DNA of 63,489 bases, counting the filler, from Octopus bimaculoides (taxonomy: Eukaryota), in NCBI RefSeq assembly GCF_001194135.2. It is 8 parts of 7 records of this genome, joined end to end, with 100 filler letters (N's around TTAATTAATTAA, not from the genome) between each part and the next. Parts side by side here need not be neighbours in the genome. Positions count along the whole stretch, not along the records: positions 23,102 to 43,840 come from NC_068984.1; 7 more parts are not named here. One strand, given 5' to 3'. A program made the position numbers and the translations under genes. Under the pieces are notes generated by a model. It made no database searches. It had not been told where the DNA came from and saw nothing but the letters and a program-made list of their open reading frames with translations. This document shows positions 25,935 to 38,378 of this stretch, one piece after another (positions within the stretch are counted from its first letter, which is position 1; each line of letters begins with the position of its first letter).

Positions 25935-26345
25935 TCGTTTTTTTGATTTAGTTTGAAAGAATCTTTTTCTGAGTTCGTGTGTTAAAGTATATTCTGTTGT
26001 GTCTGTGGAAAGTTATTCTCTTTTAGTGCCTTATAATTTAACAAACTCACCGGTAAAATTTCCACTGATTTCTTTTTTTTACTTTTCTGAAATTTTCCCA
26101 GCCACTTGCAACCGTTTCATAACTGGAAATTTTATCGGTGAGTGTCTTAAATCATAAGGCACTATAAGAGGATGTCTCTCACCAGACACAACAGAATATA
26201 TGACCGCGTGAGTATCATTGGCGATTTTCTTTCTCCGTTTTCCCTCCTTTGGACTTTTTCTATATTTCTGATGAAGAGCTCCGCTCGAAACGTGAAATCC
26301 ACTTTCTTCTCTTTCCTTTCCTGAGCCTCCAATAACACACTACTT
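25935..26345 (+). mobile_element. Non-autonomous foldback element with a hammerhead motif (Penelope pLTR/retrozyme-like)
   Basis: 77-bp inverted arms at 25988-26064 and 26124-26200, then a hammerhead core at 26264-26298. Confidence 0.7.
26264..26298 (+). ncRNA. Minimal type I hammerhead ribozyme motif (PLE-type), G at the cleavage position
   Basis: ATTT-CTGATGA-A-GAGC tcc GCTC-GAAA-CGT-G-AAAT: stem I ATTT/AAAT, stem II 4 bp, palindromic ACGT stem III. Confidence 0.75.
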
Positions 26346-26409
26346 GTTCTACGTTCTCGTCTTGTTGTTTTTNNNNNNNNNNTGTGTGTGTGTGTGTGTG
26401 TTTGGATTG

Positions 26410-26464
<55 letters not shown>

Positions 26465-27299
26465 TTGTGTGTGGGTGGGTGTGGGTGTATGTGTGTACAC
26501 ACACACATATATGTGTATATAGATATACGTAAGTACATATGCATGTACGTAATTACACGTACGTATGTATGTATGTATCTATGTAGGTCGGTAGGTAGGT
26601 AGGTAGGTAGGTAGGTAGGTAGGTAGGTAGGTAAGTATAGATAGTCAGAAAGATACATATTCCATTTCGCAGGTTTGTATTGAATGTAATTTGTTTGCGT
26701 AATCATGAACGATATAGCCATTTAGTTTCCTAAACCTTGTTTATATATAAACCCAAACGCCGTTCGATCTTCCTTAATGGTGTTTTTAATGCATTCGCCA
26801 TGACTCAATCGATAAAATATGCTTCCGCTAGATTTCTGTGAAATTTCGCAGATTTACTTGTCATCTTTACGATTCTTTCTCTAAACACCTTACATCAACC
26901 AGATTTTTGATCTCATTACATTTATATCAAATTACTATAGAAGCCTCTACATACACCTACACACTCACGCCATTGCTGTATGTATTCAGGTAGGTGAATA
27001 CAGACGTAAACCCATACATGTTTAGATTTTTGGAATTAAATTCTTTCTGTGAATACTTTTATATTAAGTCAAATCGTCTTGCTTTTCAATCTTTTGTTTT
27101 CCTCCTCCTCATCTCTGTCTTTCAAATTGAATTCCGTTTATTGTTTCTTTCCGAATATTATACTATTCTCTGTATGTGTTTGTTTCTTTATTTTTTGTTT
27201 GTTTGTTTGTGTGTGTGTGCGTGTGTGTGTGAGGGTATGGTTTCTGTGTGACCGTATCTGTGTCGTGTGAATATGTGCGTAAGTACAAGCACACGCACG

Positions 27300-27355
<56 letters not shown>

Positions 27356-27396
27356 NNNNNNNNNNNNNNNNNNNNNNNNNNNNNNNNNNNNNNNNN

Positions 27397-27440
<44 letters not shown>

Positions 27441-28339
27441 AATGTGTATATATGCACACATACATATATATATATAAATATGTATACACACACATACATA
27501 TAGAGAGAGAAAGGGACAGGCAAAGAGAGAAAGTGAGGGAGGGAGAGAGAAGGATATATATATTTATATACATATATAAACATATATTTTATATGTATGT
27601 CGATTTGTGTGTGTGTATATATATATATATATTTATATATGAACATATATATTTTTATATGTATGTTGGCTTGTGTGTGTGTGTATATATCTATATCTAT
27701 ATATANNNNNNNNNNNNNNNNNNNNNNNNNNNNNNNNNNNNNNNNNNNNNNNNNNNNNNNNNNNNNNNNNNNNNNNNNNNNNNNNNNNNNNNNNNNNNNN
27801 NNNNNNNNNNNNNNNNNNNNNNNNNNNNNNNNNNNNNNNNNNNNNNNNNNNNNNNNNNNNNNNNNNNNNNNNNNNNNNNNNNNNNNNNNNNNNNNNNNNN
27901 NNNNNNNNNNNNNNNNNNNNNNNNNNNNNNNNNNNNNNNNNNNNNNNNNNNNNNNNNNNNNNNNNNNNNNNNNNNNNNNNNNNNNNNNNNNNNNNNNNNN
28001 NNNNNNNNNNNNNNNNNNNNNNNNNNNNNNNNNNNNNNNNATATATATAAGCATATATTTATATGCATATACATACGTGTGCTGCGCACGTGTCCATTTG
28101 TATATATGTGTGTTTCTGTGTTTTTGTCTAAGTTTAATATAATGAAATGTAATATAATATATATTCATGTATAATTTGTAGTTATTCATGTGAACAAATT
28201 GAGTTCTATATGTAACACTCTGGTATAGCTTTCAGAATATTGCATTATTACATACTCTACGCTCAATAGTTCTATTGTTTTTTTTCTTCACATTTCATGT
28301 TTCGCTGTTTCTCTGTATATAGCATATTCTTTTAGTCTT

Positions 28340-28698
28340 TTATTCTTTTATGCATTTCAGTCATTTGACTGCGGCCATGCTGGAGCGCCGCCTTTAGTCG
28401 AACAAATCGACTCCAAGACTTATTCTTTGTAAGCCTAGTACTTATTCTATCGATTTCTTTTTTGCTGAACTGCTACGTTATGGTGACGTAGACACACCAA
28501 CATCAGTTGTCAAGCGATGGGGGGGAGGGGTACGAACGCAGGCACGCAAACACGTATAGACATATATATACGACGGGCTTCTTTCAGTTTCCGTTTTTCC
28601 AAATCCACTCACGAGGCTTTGGTCGCTCCGAGTCTCTAGTGAAAGACACTTACCCAAGGTGCCACGCAGTAGGTCTGAACTCGGAACCATTCTCCTAC
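28340..28698 (-). mobile_element. SINE family A
   Basis: TTTCAGTCATTTGACTGCGGCCATGCTGGAGC...CGACGGGCTTCTTTCAGTTTCCG...ACACTTACCCAAGGTGCCACGCAGT. Confidence 0.88.
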
Positions 28699-29588
28699 AT
28701 ATATATATATATANNNNNNNNNNNNNNNNNNNNNNNNNNNNNNNNNNNNNNNNNNNNNNNNNNNNNNNNNNNNNNNNNNNNNNNNNNNNNNNNNNNNNNN
28801 NNNNNNNNNNNNNNNNNNNNNNNNNNNNNNNNNNNNNNNNNNNNNNNNNNNNNNNNNNNNNNNNNNNNNNNNNNNNNNNNNNNNNNNNNNNNNNNNNNNN
28901 NNNNNNNNNNNNNNNNNNNNNNNNNNNNNNNNNNNNNNNNNNNNNNNNNNNNNNNNNNNNNNNNNNNNNNNNNNNNNNNNNNNNNNNNNNNNNNNNNNNN
29001 NNNNNNNNNNNNNNNNNNNNNNNNNNNNNNNNNNNNNNNNNNNNNNNNNNNNNNNNNNNNNNNNNNNNNNNNNNNNNNNNNNNNNNNNNNNNNNNNNNNN
29101 NNNNNNNNNNNNNNNNNNNNNNNNNNNNNNNNNNNNNNNNNNNNNNNNNNNNNNNNNNNNNNNNNNNNNNNNNNNNNNNNNNNNNNNNNNNNNNNNNNNN
29201 NNNNNNNNNNNNNNNNNNNNNNNNNNNNNNNNNNNNNNNNNNNNNNNNNNNNNNNNNNNNNNNNNNNNNNNNNNNNNNNNNNNNNNNNNNNNNNNNNNNN
29301 NNNNNNNNNNNNNNNNNNNNNNNNNNNNNNNNNNNNNNNNNNNNNNNNNNNNNNNNNNNNNNNNNNNNNNNNNNNNNNNNNNNNNNNNNNNNNNNNNNNN
29401 NNNNNNNNNNNNNNNNNNNNNNNNNNNNNNNNNNNNNNNNNNNNNNNNNNNNNNNNNNNNNNNNNNNNNNNNNNNNNNNNNNNNNNNNNNNNNNNNNNNN
29501 NNNNNNNNNNNNNNNNNNNNNNNNNNNNNNNNNNNNNNNNNNNNNNNNNNNNNNNNNNNNNNNNNNNNNNNNNNCATACATACATACA

Positions 29589-29619
<31 letters not shown>

Positions 29620-29989
29620 GTGTGTATGTACATATATATGTAGATATTTGTGTATATATACACGCATACAAATATACGTCCACACGTGTATTTGTATTTA
29701 AACAGTACGTTTAATATAGATCTTTCACCAATGTTTTACCTCTGTCTATGAATCTATCACGCCGTCTACTGGCACAAGTATTTACATTCATCTAATAAAA
29801 CACTGAAACATCTGTTTTTATCCACCTCTCTTTCTGAAGAACATTTTCTGCCTCATTCATTTTTCTGCTCTTTCTTTCTGTCTTTCACTCTATCACACTT
29901 TTCTCTTCGTTACGATTTGTCTGTCTGTTTGTCTGTTTACATGTCTCCCTCCTTCTCCCTCTCTTCTTTCATATACCCTCACACTCAAA

Positions 29990-30740
29990 CTCACATACAC
30001 ATATATACATTCAAATCGAGAGGCATACAAATTTTTAAATCTTCTGCCGTCGATTTCAGATCGGTGCAGTATTTTGATATAAGAAGAATACGTGTTTCTT
30101 CAGTTATGCGAAGTTTGCCATTTTGTCCCAGTAATGTATCATCTAGAACTGTCTTCGACGCTCCACTTAATGGTGTGCGGCATAGTATTCTCTTGCATGT
30201 CTCATTCCTGTATACTTTGTGCCTTCCTTTTTGTCTGCGTGCTAGAAATATCACTAGTGGTTGGTGAATCTCTGTTTCAAAATCACGTTTCTCACTCGCC
30301 AATATATTTTTTCTCTTTCGTTCGGTTCCCATATTTGGCAGCACAGAGGTAACCTTCACTTCGATGACCACTGAGCTAACCGAGTATACTTTGTTGTGTA
30401 AGTTAATATCTGGGTTCCTGCAATTGATGTTTCGAATGGGTGTTTTGTGTGTTTTATGTGCAAAATTGTTTTTCTTTTCATATTAGAGCAGCGGTTGTTG
30501 GAAACTTTCACTGAAAATGTGTCAAAGATTTTCTTATATCTGTGGCTACCAGGGAAATGTTTATCTAATGTTAAGAATGCTTTGCTTACATTTGTCCTAA
30601 CATTCAAGGGTAAAGTGGAGATAAACCATGTATTTTTCCTAGGTTATCGTCAGGATTGTTATTGTTTGGGTCGGAGCGTATCTCTTTTATCGATAGTTGT
30701 TTTATTTCTTGTTTTAATTCCAGCACGATGACATACATAT
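29990..30740 (-). pseudogene. Decayed Penelope-like element, C-terminal part (thumb, Cys linker, GIY-YIG); may extend to ~31560
   Basis: RKNTWF..PLNVRTNVSKAFLTLDKHFPGSHRYKKIF..VKVS, NCRNP, SVVIEVKVTS, KKYIGE, KQRFTNH, IKWSV; frameshifted. Confidence 0.8.
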
Positions 30741-31792
30741 TTATTCTTACTACGCTTCGGCATATTCGAACGTGAATATGCTAATCGCTTTTGTGTTCGT
30801 CACAAAGATAATTTTCTCCTTTACGATGAATATGCATTCATATCACACTCGATTAACTGATATAGGGTATTCTGGTATAGCCGCTGTTTCTGGCTGACGA
30901 GTTACGCGATGTTGAAGCACGAACCGTCCCGGAACACATTTAATAATGAAACGTGTGTGTTATGAACACATATTCGTTGTAAAAGAGTTGATCTTTTCTG
31001 AGGAAGACAACAGCGAACGTATGAAGAAATATATAATTCGTATATTAAGAATAAATATAGTAAAAATAAATATATTAAGAATAAATATCTTAAGAATAGA
31101 CACATAATTCATAGATTTGAACCTCACTGTTCACCGGGCTCATTTCAGAATTTGTAAAGGTTTCTACTTGATTTTCGATAAATTATCAACAACAAAAAAA
31201 CGATTGCGAAACACTACGGTCGTTTCATCTTTCAAAATACTTAACATCCAAACCGACGCCCGAACAATTGGCTGTACACATTTTTATAAATACAATCTGT
31301 TTATGTGCCATTGCTCTGAATTTGCTCCTGCATTTCAAAAATTAATGAAGCATAAAAGTTTTTATTATTTATCACCATAATGTTATAAAATTTGCTAGAT
31401 TTTCTATACATGTCGTTGTGGTTTTGTCTTGAACAAAACTCTAATTTTTGTTTGCCATTTCTATCAATAATAAATATTATATAACCGAATTCTGTTGCAG
31501 ACATCCTGTCGGACGAACTGAGGATATCAGTAGGATAATTGACATTAATTATTTCTTCTTTTATTTGTGTGATTCATTGAACTGTATTGATGATGGGGCA
31601 CGGTCTTGAAGGCTGTAGTTGATCAAATCGTCTTCTGTATGACCTTGAAATCGTGTTCTTATCGAATGATTTTTCCCGAACCCCTAGGTTAAGAAGTTTC
31701 AAAACTCTAACACTTTTTTCAAAGTGTGAGAAACAAATGCAAATCATACATACACTCACGTGCACACACAAATACACACACACAAACACACA

Positions 31793-31830
<38 letters not shown>

Positions 31831-31965
31831 CCCGCCACATAAAATCAGTCATACACAAATCTATACATACACATATTCCTCTATTTACATAATATCAAGG
31901 TTTCTTTCATTCTTTTGTTGTCTTACCATTGCTATTAATATGTGTGTGTGTGTACATATGTATAT

Positions 31966-32700
31966 ACAAGCTGCTCGTGTTTTCCGTGTCGAAGTTAAGC
32001 CCACCCCTGACCTTGTATTGAACTCTTCTACGTTCCCCGAGCCAACTATTACCCATTAAGATGTTATATCTCGTTCGGCAGGGATTTTACCCGGTTAAAG
32101 CTTTCGACATACTTCTACATATTTTTGGTTGTACCTCGACCCCCTGAGAGTGATGTTTGTCTATTCTCTCTCCTTAATGCCACCCCCTCTGTACAAAATT
32201 GATCAACGGGTCCAATCTCAGCAAGATCCGAAGAAAAGTGTTAAGGTCGTGTCTTAAAATAGAATCTCAGTGACCGTTTACATGAAAATATAAAAGTTAC
32301 GGTCAAAAATAAAATCCCTATAGGTATTTGAACGAAAAAGCCCATTGATTTTATAAAACCACTGCTCAGACGCAATTATCGATTTTTTGTCAACGCCATA
32401 TACTGACATCAACTCACTGGCTTCAGCATCGATTCTCATCAAAATCGGACAAAAAATGCAAAAGCTGCAGGAAAAATAACATCGTTATGAGAAATTCCAT
32501 TCAAACTCCCGATTCAGCTCACAAAAATCCTTGCCAACTGAGCATTATCGAGTTTTTGAAAAATTGCGGCCTTATTTGGACTTCAGGGCATGCGATCTAC
32601 CTATGGTCCCAAAAATCATTAAAATCGGTTGGACGGTGTGGGAGGAGTTAGAGTAACCCGAAACACACTGACAGACAGACACCATTACTCTTATATATAT
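31966..32700 (+). mobile_element. Possible non-autonomous Helentron/HINE (DINE-1-like)
   Basis: 3' part AAAATCGG...AAAATCGGTTGGACGGTGTGGGAGGAGTTAG...GACAGACAGAC...CTTATATATAT resembles DINE-1/HINE ends; no ORF. Confidence 0.4.
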
Positions 32701-32842
32701 GTGTGTGTGTGTGTGTGTACGATGTATGTATGCGCGTATAATGCAGGTACCATAATGCCTGTCAGATGATGTATAATAATAGGCCGATATCGAACGAATA
32801 GTTACTATTTGTAAATCTCACAACGAGAGATATTCAGCAACA

Positions 32843-33085
32843 GTACTTTGGAGTAAAGATTGTTTGCCAACATACACAGGCAGTCCTGGTTTAGGACGAA
32901 TGTTGCTGTAATTTAGCCCCAGGAGACATAGTCTCCAGCTGCCCGTACGACATGAAAATGTAAGAACACAGATCGTGTCGTATAGCCAGCTGTAGACGAT
33001 GTCTCCTGGGACTAAATTGAAGCAACATTCGTCCTTAACCAAGACTGCTATCTTATGTTGACAAACAATCTTTACTCCATCGAAC
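32843..33085. mobile_element. Foldback MITE (~240 bp, arms ~105 bp), probable TA target
   Basis: TGGAGTAAAGATTGTTTG-CAACATA...CCCAGGAGACAT-GTCT-CAGCTG mirrored on the right arm; TA on the right, CA on the left. Confidence 0.8.
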
Positions 33086-34085
33086 TAATAGTGCTCAAGT
33101 TTGATGTGTGTTTCAACTCTAACATTAAAACAAATTAAAGTTCAAAGACATTATAGATGCCTTAATGGGAATTGGCTTTAGGAAGTGTTTCGATTAAGCT
33201 AATAATCGAATAACTCGATAAACAGGTAAACAACTAGTATCCAATCAGATCAAACATTCATATATATTTATACAACCGATAAGGTGAAATGAACTCTATA
33301 AGACATCACTAGACATCAGTAAACGTTCCATTAAAAATTTTTATAATGATTCTGATATATGCTGGGACTCGTTGAATAGTTATTAGAGAAATCTGTAGCA
33401 TTGATTTTACAATGTAGGTGAAGGCACATCTTCACATTAAAAAAAACATTAAACCTGAAATTGAAGGAAGGTACGCAAGTTTTTTTTAGCTTACAGCTGT
33501 TATCAGGAATGGATGCTTAGATGATGCATTTCTCTACAAGCTGTCATCAACCATTATTTTAGTGGTAGTCTATTCCATGTTGTAATTTCAGTAACTTGTG
33601 GGCCGTGAAACCGGGTTAAGCTCCGGACATGACTTCTACGGCTCATCATAAACCTAGAAAAGTTTCTTAAGTAAGACACTAAATGGGCGATATTACGTTG
33701 CAACGATAATATTTGATTATCTTGGTGTAGTTTTTAATTTTGAGTAAACTGTTCTAAAATTACTGTAACTCAAATATTTACAAAAACAAACAATTCACCT
33801 TCAAAGCCAATCGTTTCACAAGTCAAAGTAAGACAATTCTAAGAACAACGACTTCATTTTCAAAGTTACATCTCACAAGTATATACAGGGAGGGCAAATT
33901 TAAGTCTGAAACCTAATCGTAATTGTATGAAGAAACGCTTTTATTTCATCAATCTCTAATGGATTTGTCAAGGAAATACACGTTATCTATTTCTAGATCT
34001 TTCCGTTTATAGTATGTACATTCATGTTTATGTTTGGTTTACCTTTCTGCATTTGATGTGTATAACTTACTTGCATGCAACGTGA

Positions 34086-34124
<39 letters not shown>

Positions 34125-34544
34125 NNNNNNNNNNNNNNNNNNNNNNNNNNNNNNNNNNNNNNNNNNNNNNNNNNNNNNNNNNNNNNNNNNNNNNNNNNNN
34201 NNNNNNNNNNNNNNNNNNNNNNNNNNNNNNNNNNNNNNNNNNNNNNNNNNNNNNNNNNNNNNNNNNNNNNNNNNNNNNNNNNNNNNNNNNNNNNNNNNNN
34301 NNNNNNNNNNNNNNNNNNNNNNNNNNNNNNNNNNNNNNNNNNNNNNNNNNNNNNNNNNNNNNNNNNNNNNNNNNNNNNNNNNNNNNNNNNNNNNNNNNNN
34401 NNNNNNNNNNNNNNNNNNNNNNNNNNNNNNNNNNNNNNNNNNNNNNNNNNNNNNNNNNNNNNNNNNNNNNNNNNNNNNNNNNNNNNNNNNNNNNNNNNNN
34501 NNNNNNNNNNNNNNNNNNNNNNNNNNNNNNNNNNNNNNNNNNNN

Positions 34545-34579
<35 letters not shown>

Positions 34580-34622
34580 TATAGATATACATACATATAC
34601 ACACACACATATATACACACGT

Positions 34623-34668
<46 letters not shown>

Positions 34669-35689
34669 GTATGTATGTATGTATATATATATGTGTGTAT
34701 ATATACGTATATATATATATATGCATATATATATGTATATATGTATATATATGTATATATATATATGTGTATGTGTGTGTGTGTGTGTATGCATGCAGGG
34801 GTGGATGGATAGATATGTGTGTGGTGCCTAGATGTGTATACATTGTGACATATTCATTTGTATAAACTGCTGTATGAACTGGAAAATAATTTTGTATTTT
34901 AAATTTATTATAAGTTGATCAAAGAAAAATCCCATTTTATTCTGAGGATATAAACTCTTTCTTTTCATTCGCTTCTGTCATGAGATTATTAGAGAATGCT
35001 GGTTTGAAAGCAGGAGGTTAAAATGTTTCTTTATACTTGAAATTCTGTCATGAAATTATCACCCGAACGGGTCTATTCTCACCTGAAACTCGGAGTAGCA
35101 ATAATATGAGGCTTTAACCTCTTATAGATACACTCTGCTCCATTTACTGCATGATACAAAAAAAAAGAAATAGCTGGCAAAATGGCTAGCGTGCACTTGA
35201 ATATACACGCACACAATTAAATACAGTAACGTATACACAGGCATGCGCTCACGCACATACACACATACTTACGTATGCACATACAAGTACAATCATTCCT
35301 GAGAGCTAAGCGAAAATATTCTTAAATGTAACAAGAGCACTCAGAGAGCGCAAACCTCCGCCACGGCAACACTAGCCTCCTCCCAACGATTAGCCAGAGA
35401 CGGTTTTTAACCCATTAAGTCCCACTGTCTTATAAATAGGACACTAAACGAAAACATTAAATAAGTTATATCACATTGTCTCAGTGTCCTATTTATAGGA
35501 CACCGAGTATTTCCATTTCTACTTGAAGTAAAGGAGTTTTAATAAATAATTGTTTCATTTTAAGCTATTTTCAATCATCTGTAAAGATTTAAAAGTAATA
35601 TCTGCTTACTGTTTACACACCCGTCTTCCTCTTTTCTTTTTTTTTCTTTTTTTTTTGTAAATTCCAGCTACATATATATGTGTGAGAGC

Positions 35690-36095
35690 ATTGGGAGTAT
35701 CCTGCATGAAGACTTGTGTGTTTATCAAGACAATGGACATATATTTTGGAGTTGATGTGGAAAGTGTACACATTATTATTCCTGCAGACCTGAACATGCG
35801 CACTCTTTGTGCAATTTTTTTTCCTCATTGCTCAGGATAGATGTGTTAGTGACAGCTGGGAGATGGCCGAACTAAGTACTTCCAATCCAAGAGTATCTGA
35901 GTCTTTGGTGACCTGTGATGAAAGCTGGATTTTCTTCTATGATCCTAAGATCAAGATACAGTGTGTTTAATGAAAGCATTCTGGATTCCCCAAACCCAAA
36001 GTCAGCCCGCCGGAGATCTCATCATGATCTCCATTCTTCGACAGCAAGGGCATCATATGCATCCACTGGGTTTTCTTTGATGGTCAATAAAAAAT
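35690..36095 (+). mobile_element. Mariner transposase internal relic
   Basis: VHIIIPADLNMRTLCAIFFP ... SLVTCDESWIFFYDP ... KHSGFPKPK (first catalytic D motif TCDESW). Confidence 0.7.
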
Positions 36096-36579
36096 AAATG
36101 AATATATAAGCTTCAATGCTCTTTACCAATCATAAAAGCACAACTCCGATTGCGATCGAGTATATCAATATTGTTTCAGTTGAGGCAACAATATTTCTTT
36201 TTACAGAAATAGACAGGGCAGTGGGGGAAATGCGAAATGTCTTGACGAAAGCATTCTGGAATGAACGGTAGTTTCTTCATTCAAGCAGAAACAATAAATA
36301 ACTTCAGCGATGAATCGGTGAATGACGTGTAATAGGTTGACTAACTTCATACGAATTATAAGTTGTATCGGGAAAAACTGGCGTAAACATACACAAAAAG
36401 TCCAAGAAGAGGAACAATAACAAAAAGCACAAAAATATAAAAAAATCCCAGCACGGAATGAAGCGAGAAAAGACAAGGAATATTTGCCCCGTAACCATTC
36501 CAGGTTTTTAACATCCCACATAAATATTGTTAGGCGTTAAAACAACAGGCGCCAACACAGTTTCAATGAAGCAAATTAA

Positions 36580-36690
36580 CTCACAAAATATCGGTCTGTC
36601 CAGAATTATAGCAAAAGACACTTGGTCAAGTTACAATGCAGTGGGACTGAACCCGAAAGCACATGGTTGCAAAGCACGCACCACACAGCT
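36580..36690 (-). mobile_element. SINE family A, 5' part
   Basis: AAGACACTTGGTCAAG...GCAGTGGGACTGAACCCG-AA-CACATGGTTG...ACCACACAGCTAC. Confidence 0.7.
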
Positions 36691-37601
36691 ACAGCTTTGT
36701 ATATATAAATATATATATATTGCAATATACCTTTATATCAAAGCCATGCCAGACATTCATACCGGATGTCAATATGCTGGTCCCTCGAGTTAATGGCATT
36801 CTGTGTTTCAACGGATCTCTGTTTTTATTATCATTATTGATATTATTATTATTATTATACATAAATAAAATTATAGCACACACAAATATCTGCTGCATCT
36901 AATATTGCAAAAAATCTATAAATGATACTTGAATTAATGATAGATTACTATGTTGTATATTCTTAATGCGAGTCAACAATAGACTAACTGTTTTAGCTCG
37001 TCACTTCCGTTGACCATCTTTCAAGAAGAAAACACAGGGATAATTCTTGTCATACGTACGTTGTTTATCACATACTAATGTAACTCTTGAAGTGTTTCTG
37101 TCTTAGCATCTACATATAATTTATCACATTTTATCTACGCATTTATTCAATATAAATTTATTTTTCTCTTTGCCTCAATTCTAACTTCACTGACATTTTA
37201 TCCTTCCTTTTTTTTTTTCCAGTCTGAATTCAAAAAGATTATCCCAAATGTCCGAAAGTAAAAAGAGAGAAAGATTTTAGTTCAATAAAATTCGTTTGAT
37301 TGATGAACCAAGTAAATGTTTAGAGCAAGTTATACGATTAATTCACTTCCGTAAACTATTTATAGGGTAATAGCGAGTTTGAAGATGTAAGAATTATTAT
37401 AAATTTTAAAAGGATTTTACGAAACCGGGGATTAAGTTTGCATTTAGTAGTTGCTGTACAAACAGATTGCCGTGAAACGCTACTAGGAAAGAGAGGCGAA
37501 TAAATAGCGCAGGGATATCAGAAGTTAGGAAGCAATGGTGTATATCAGAAGTAAAAATGCTTCATATACAATTAATAATCATAGCTTGTTGAAAATAACG
37601 A

Positions 37602-37636
<35 letters not shown>

Positions 37637-37699
37637 CATTATCATGGCACCTCCCCACCGGGGTTCGATTCCCCGCCAAGGAGGTCCCAATGTTTTAAA

Positions 37700-37912
37700 G
37701 CGGTGAGGTGGCAGAAGCGTTAGCACGCTGGACGAAATGCTTAGCGTCATTTTGCCCGCCACTACGTTCTGAGTTCAAATTCTGCTAAGGTCGACTTTGA
37801 CTTTCCTCCTTTCGGGGTCGATAAATTAAGTACCAGTGAAACATTGTGATTTATGTGATCGACTTGTCCCCTCCTCCAAACAGTTCAGGCCTTGTGTCTT
37901 TATTAGAAAAGA
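37700..37912 (+). mobile_element. tRNA-derived SINE family B
   Basis: GGCAGAA-CGTTAGCACGC-GG-CGAAATGCTTAGC...GAGTTCAAATTC...CCTTTCGGGGTCGATAAATTAAGTACCAG. Confidence 0.88.
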
Positions 37913-37934
37913 TTATTATTATTATTATTATTAA

Positions 37935-38150
37935 GGCGTCAAACTCGTATAAAAGACAAGAATGAAATACAAAGAGAGCACGTCAGACAGATTGAAGAGA
38001 AAGCCCAGCATGGTCAATTTTGGAGTGCCACAAAAAACGTAAGTGGAACAAAATCCTGGGCTCGGTTAAACAAGGGGCAATTAAAAAGAGAAACAGAGAG
38101 CCTAATTGTAGTAGCCTAGGGTTGAGCGGTAAAAACTAACTTTGGAAATA
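37935..38150 (+). mobile_element. Internal fragment of an R4/Dong-like RLE LINE following (ATT)n
   Basis: EEKAQHGQFW...KSWARLNKGQLKRETESLIVVA*G*AVKTN matches the conserved HGQF / WL--G-LK-ETE--I-AAQDQA--TN pre-zinc-knuckle block. Confidence 0.75.
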
Positions 38151-38170
38151 CATGGTACAATAATCGAATC

Positions 38171-38378
38171 GGAAGTAGAAACGTTAGCACGCCGGGTGAA
38201 ATGCTTAGTGGTATTTCGTCTGCCTTTACGTTCCGAGTTCAAATTCCGCCGAGGTCGACTTTGCCTTTCATCCTTTCGGGTTCGATAAATTAAGCACCAG
38301 TTGCGTACTGGGGTCGATCTAATCGACTGGCCCCCTTCCTAAAAATTTTCGGGCCTTGTGCCTAGAATAGTAAAGGAT
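38171..38378 (+). mobile_element. SINE family B
   Basis: Near-identical to 57049-57266. Confidence 0.9.

Noticed and set aside
17810-30740. Selenoprotein-coding Naiad-type PLEs
   Set aside because: The conserved Cys positions I could read use TGC/TGT; the TGA stops fall at non-Cys positions amid general decay
30888-30925. CTGACGA...GAAC
   Set aside because: Incomplete core and no convincing stems
36207-36267. Candidate 61-nt exon (IDRAVGEMRNVLTKAFWNE)
   Set aside because: Weak donor, no recognisable homology; expected by chance in AT-rich DNA
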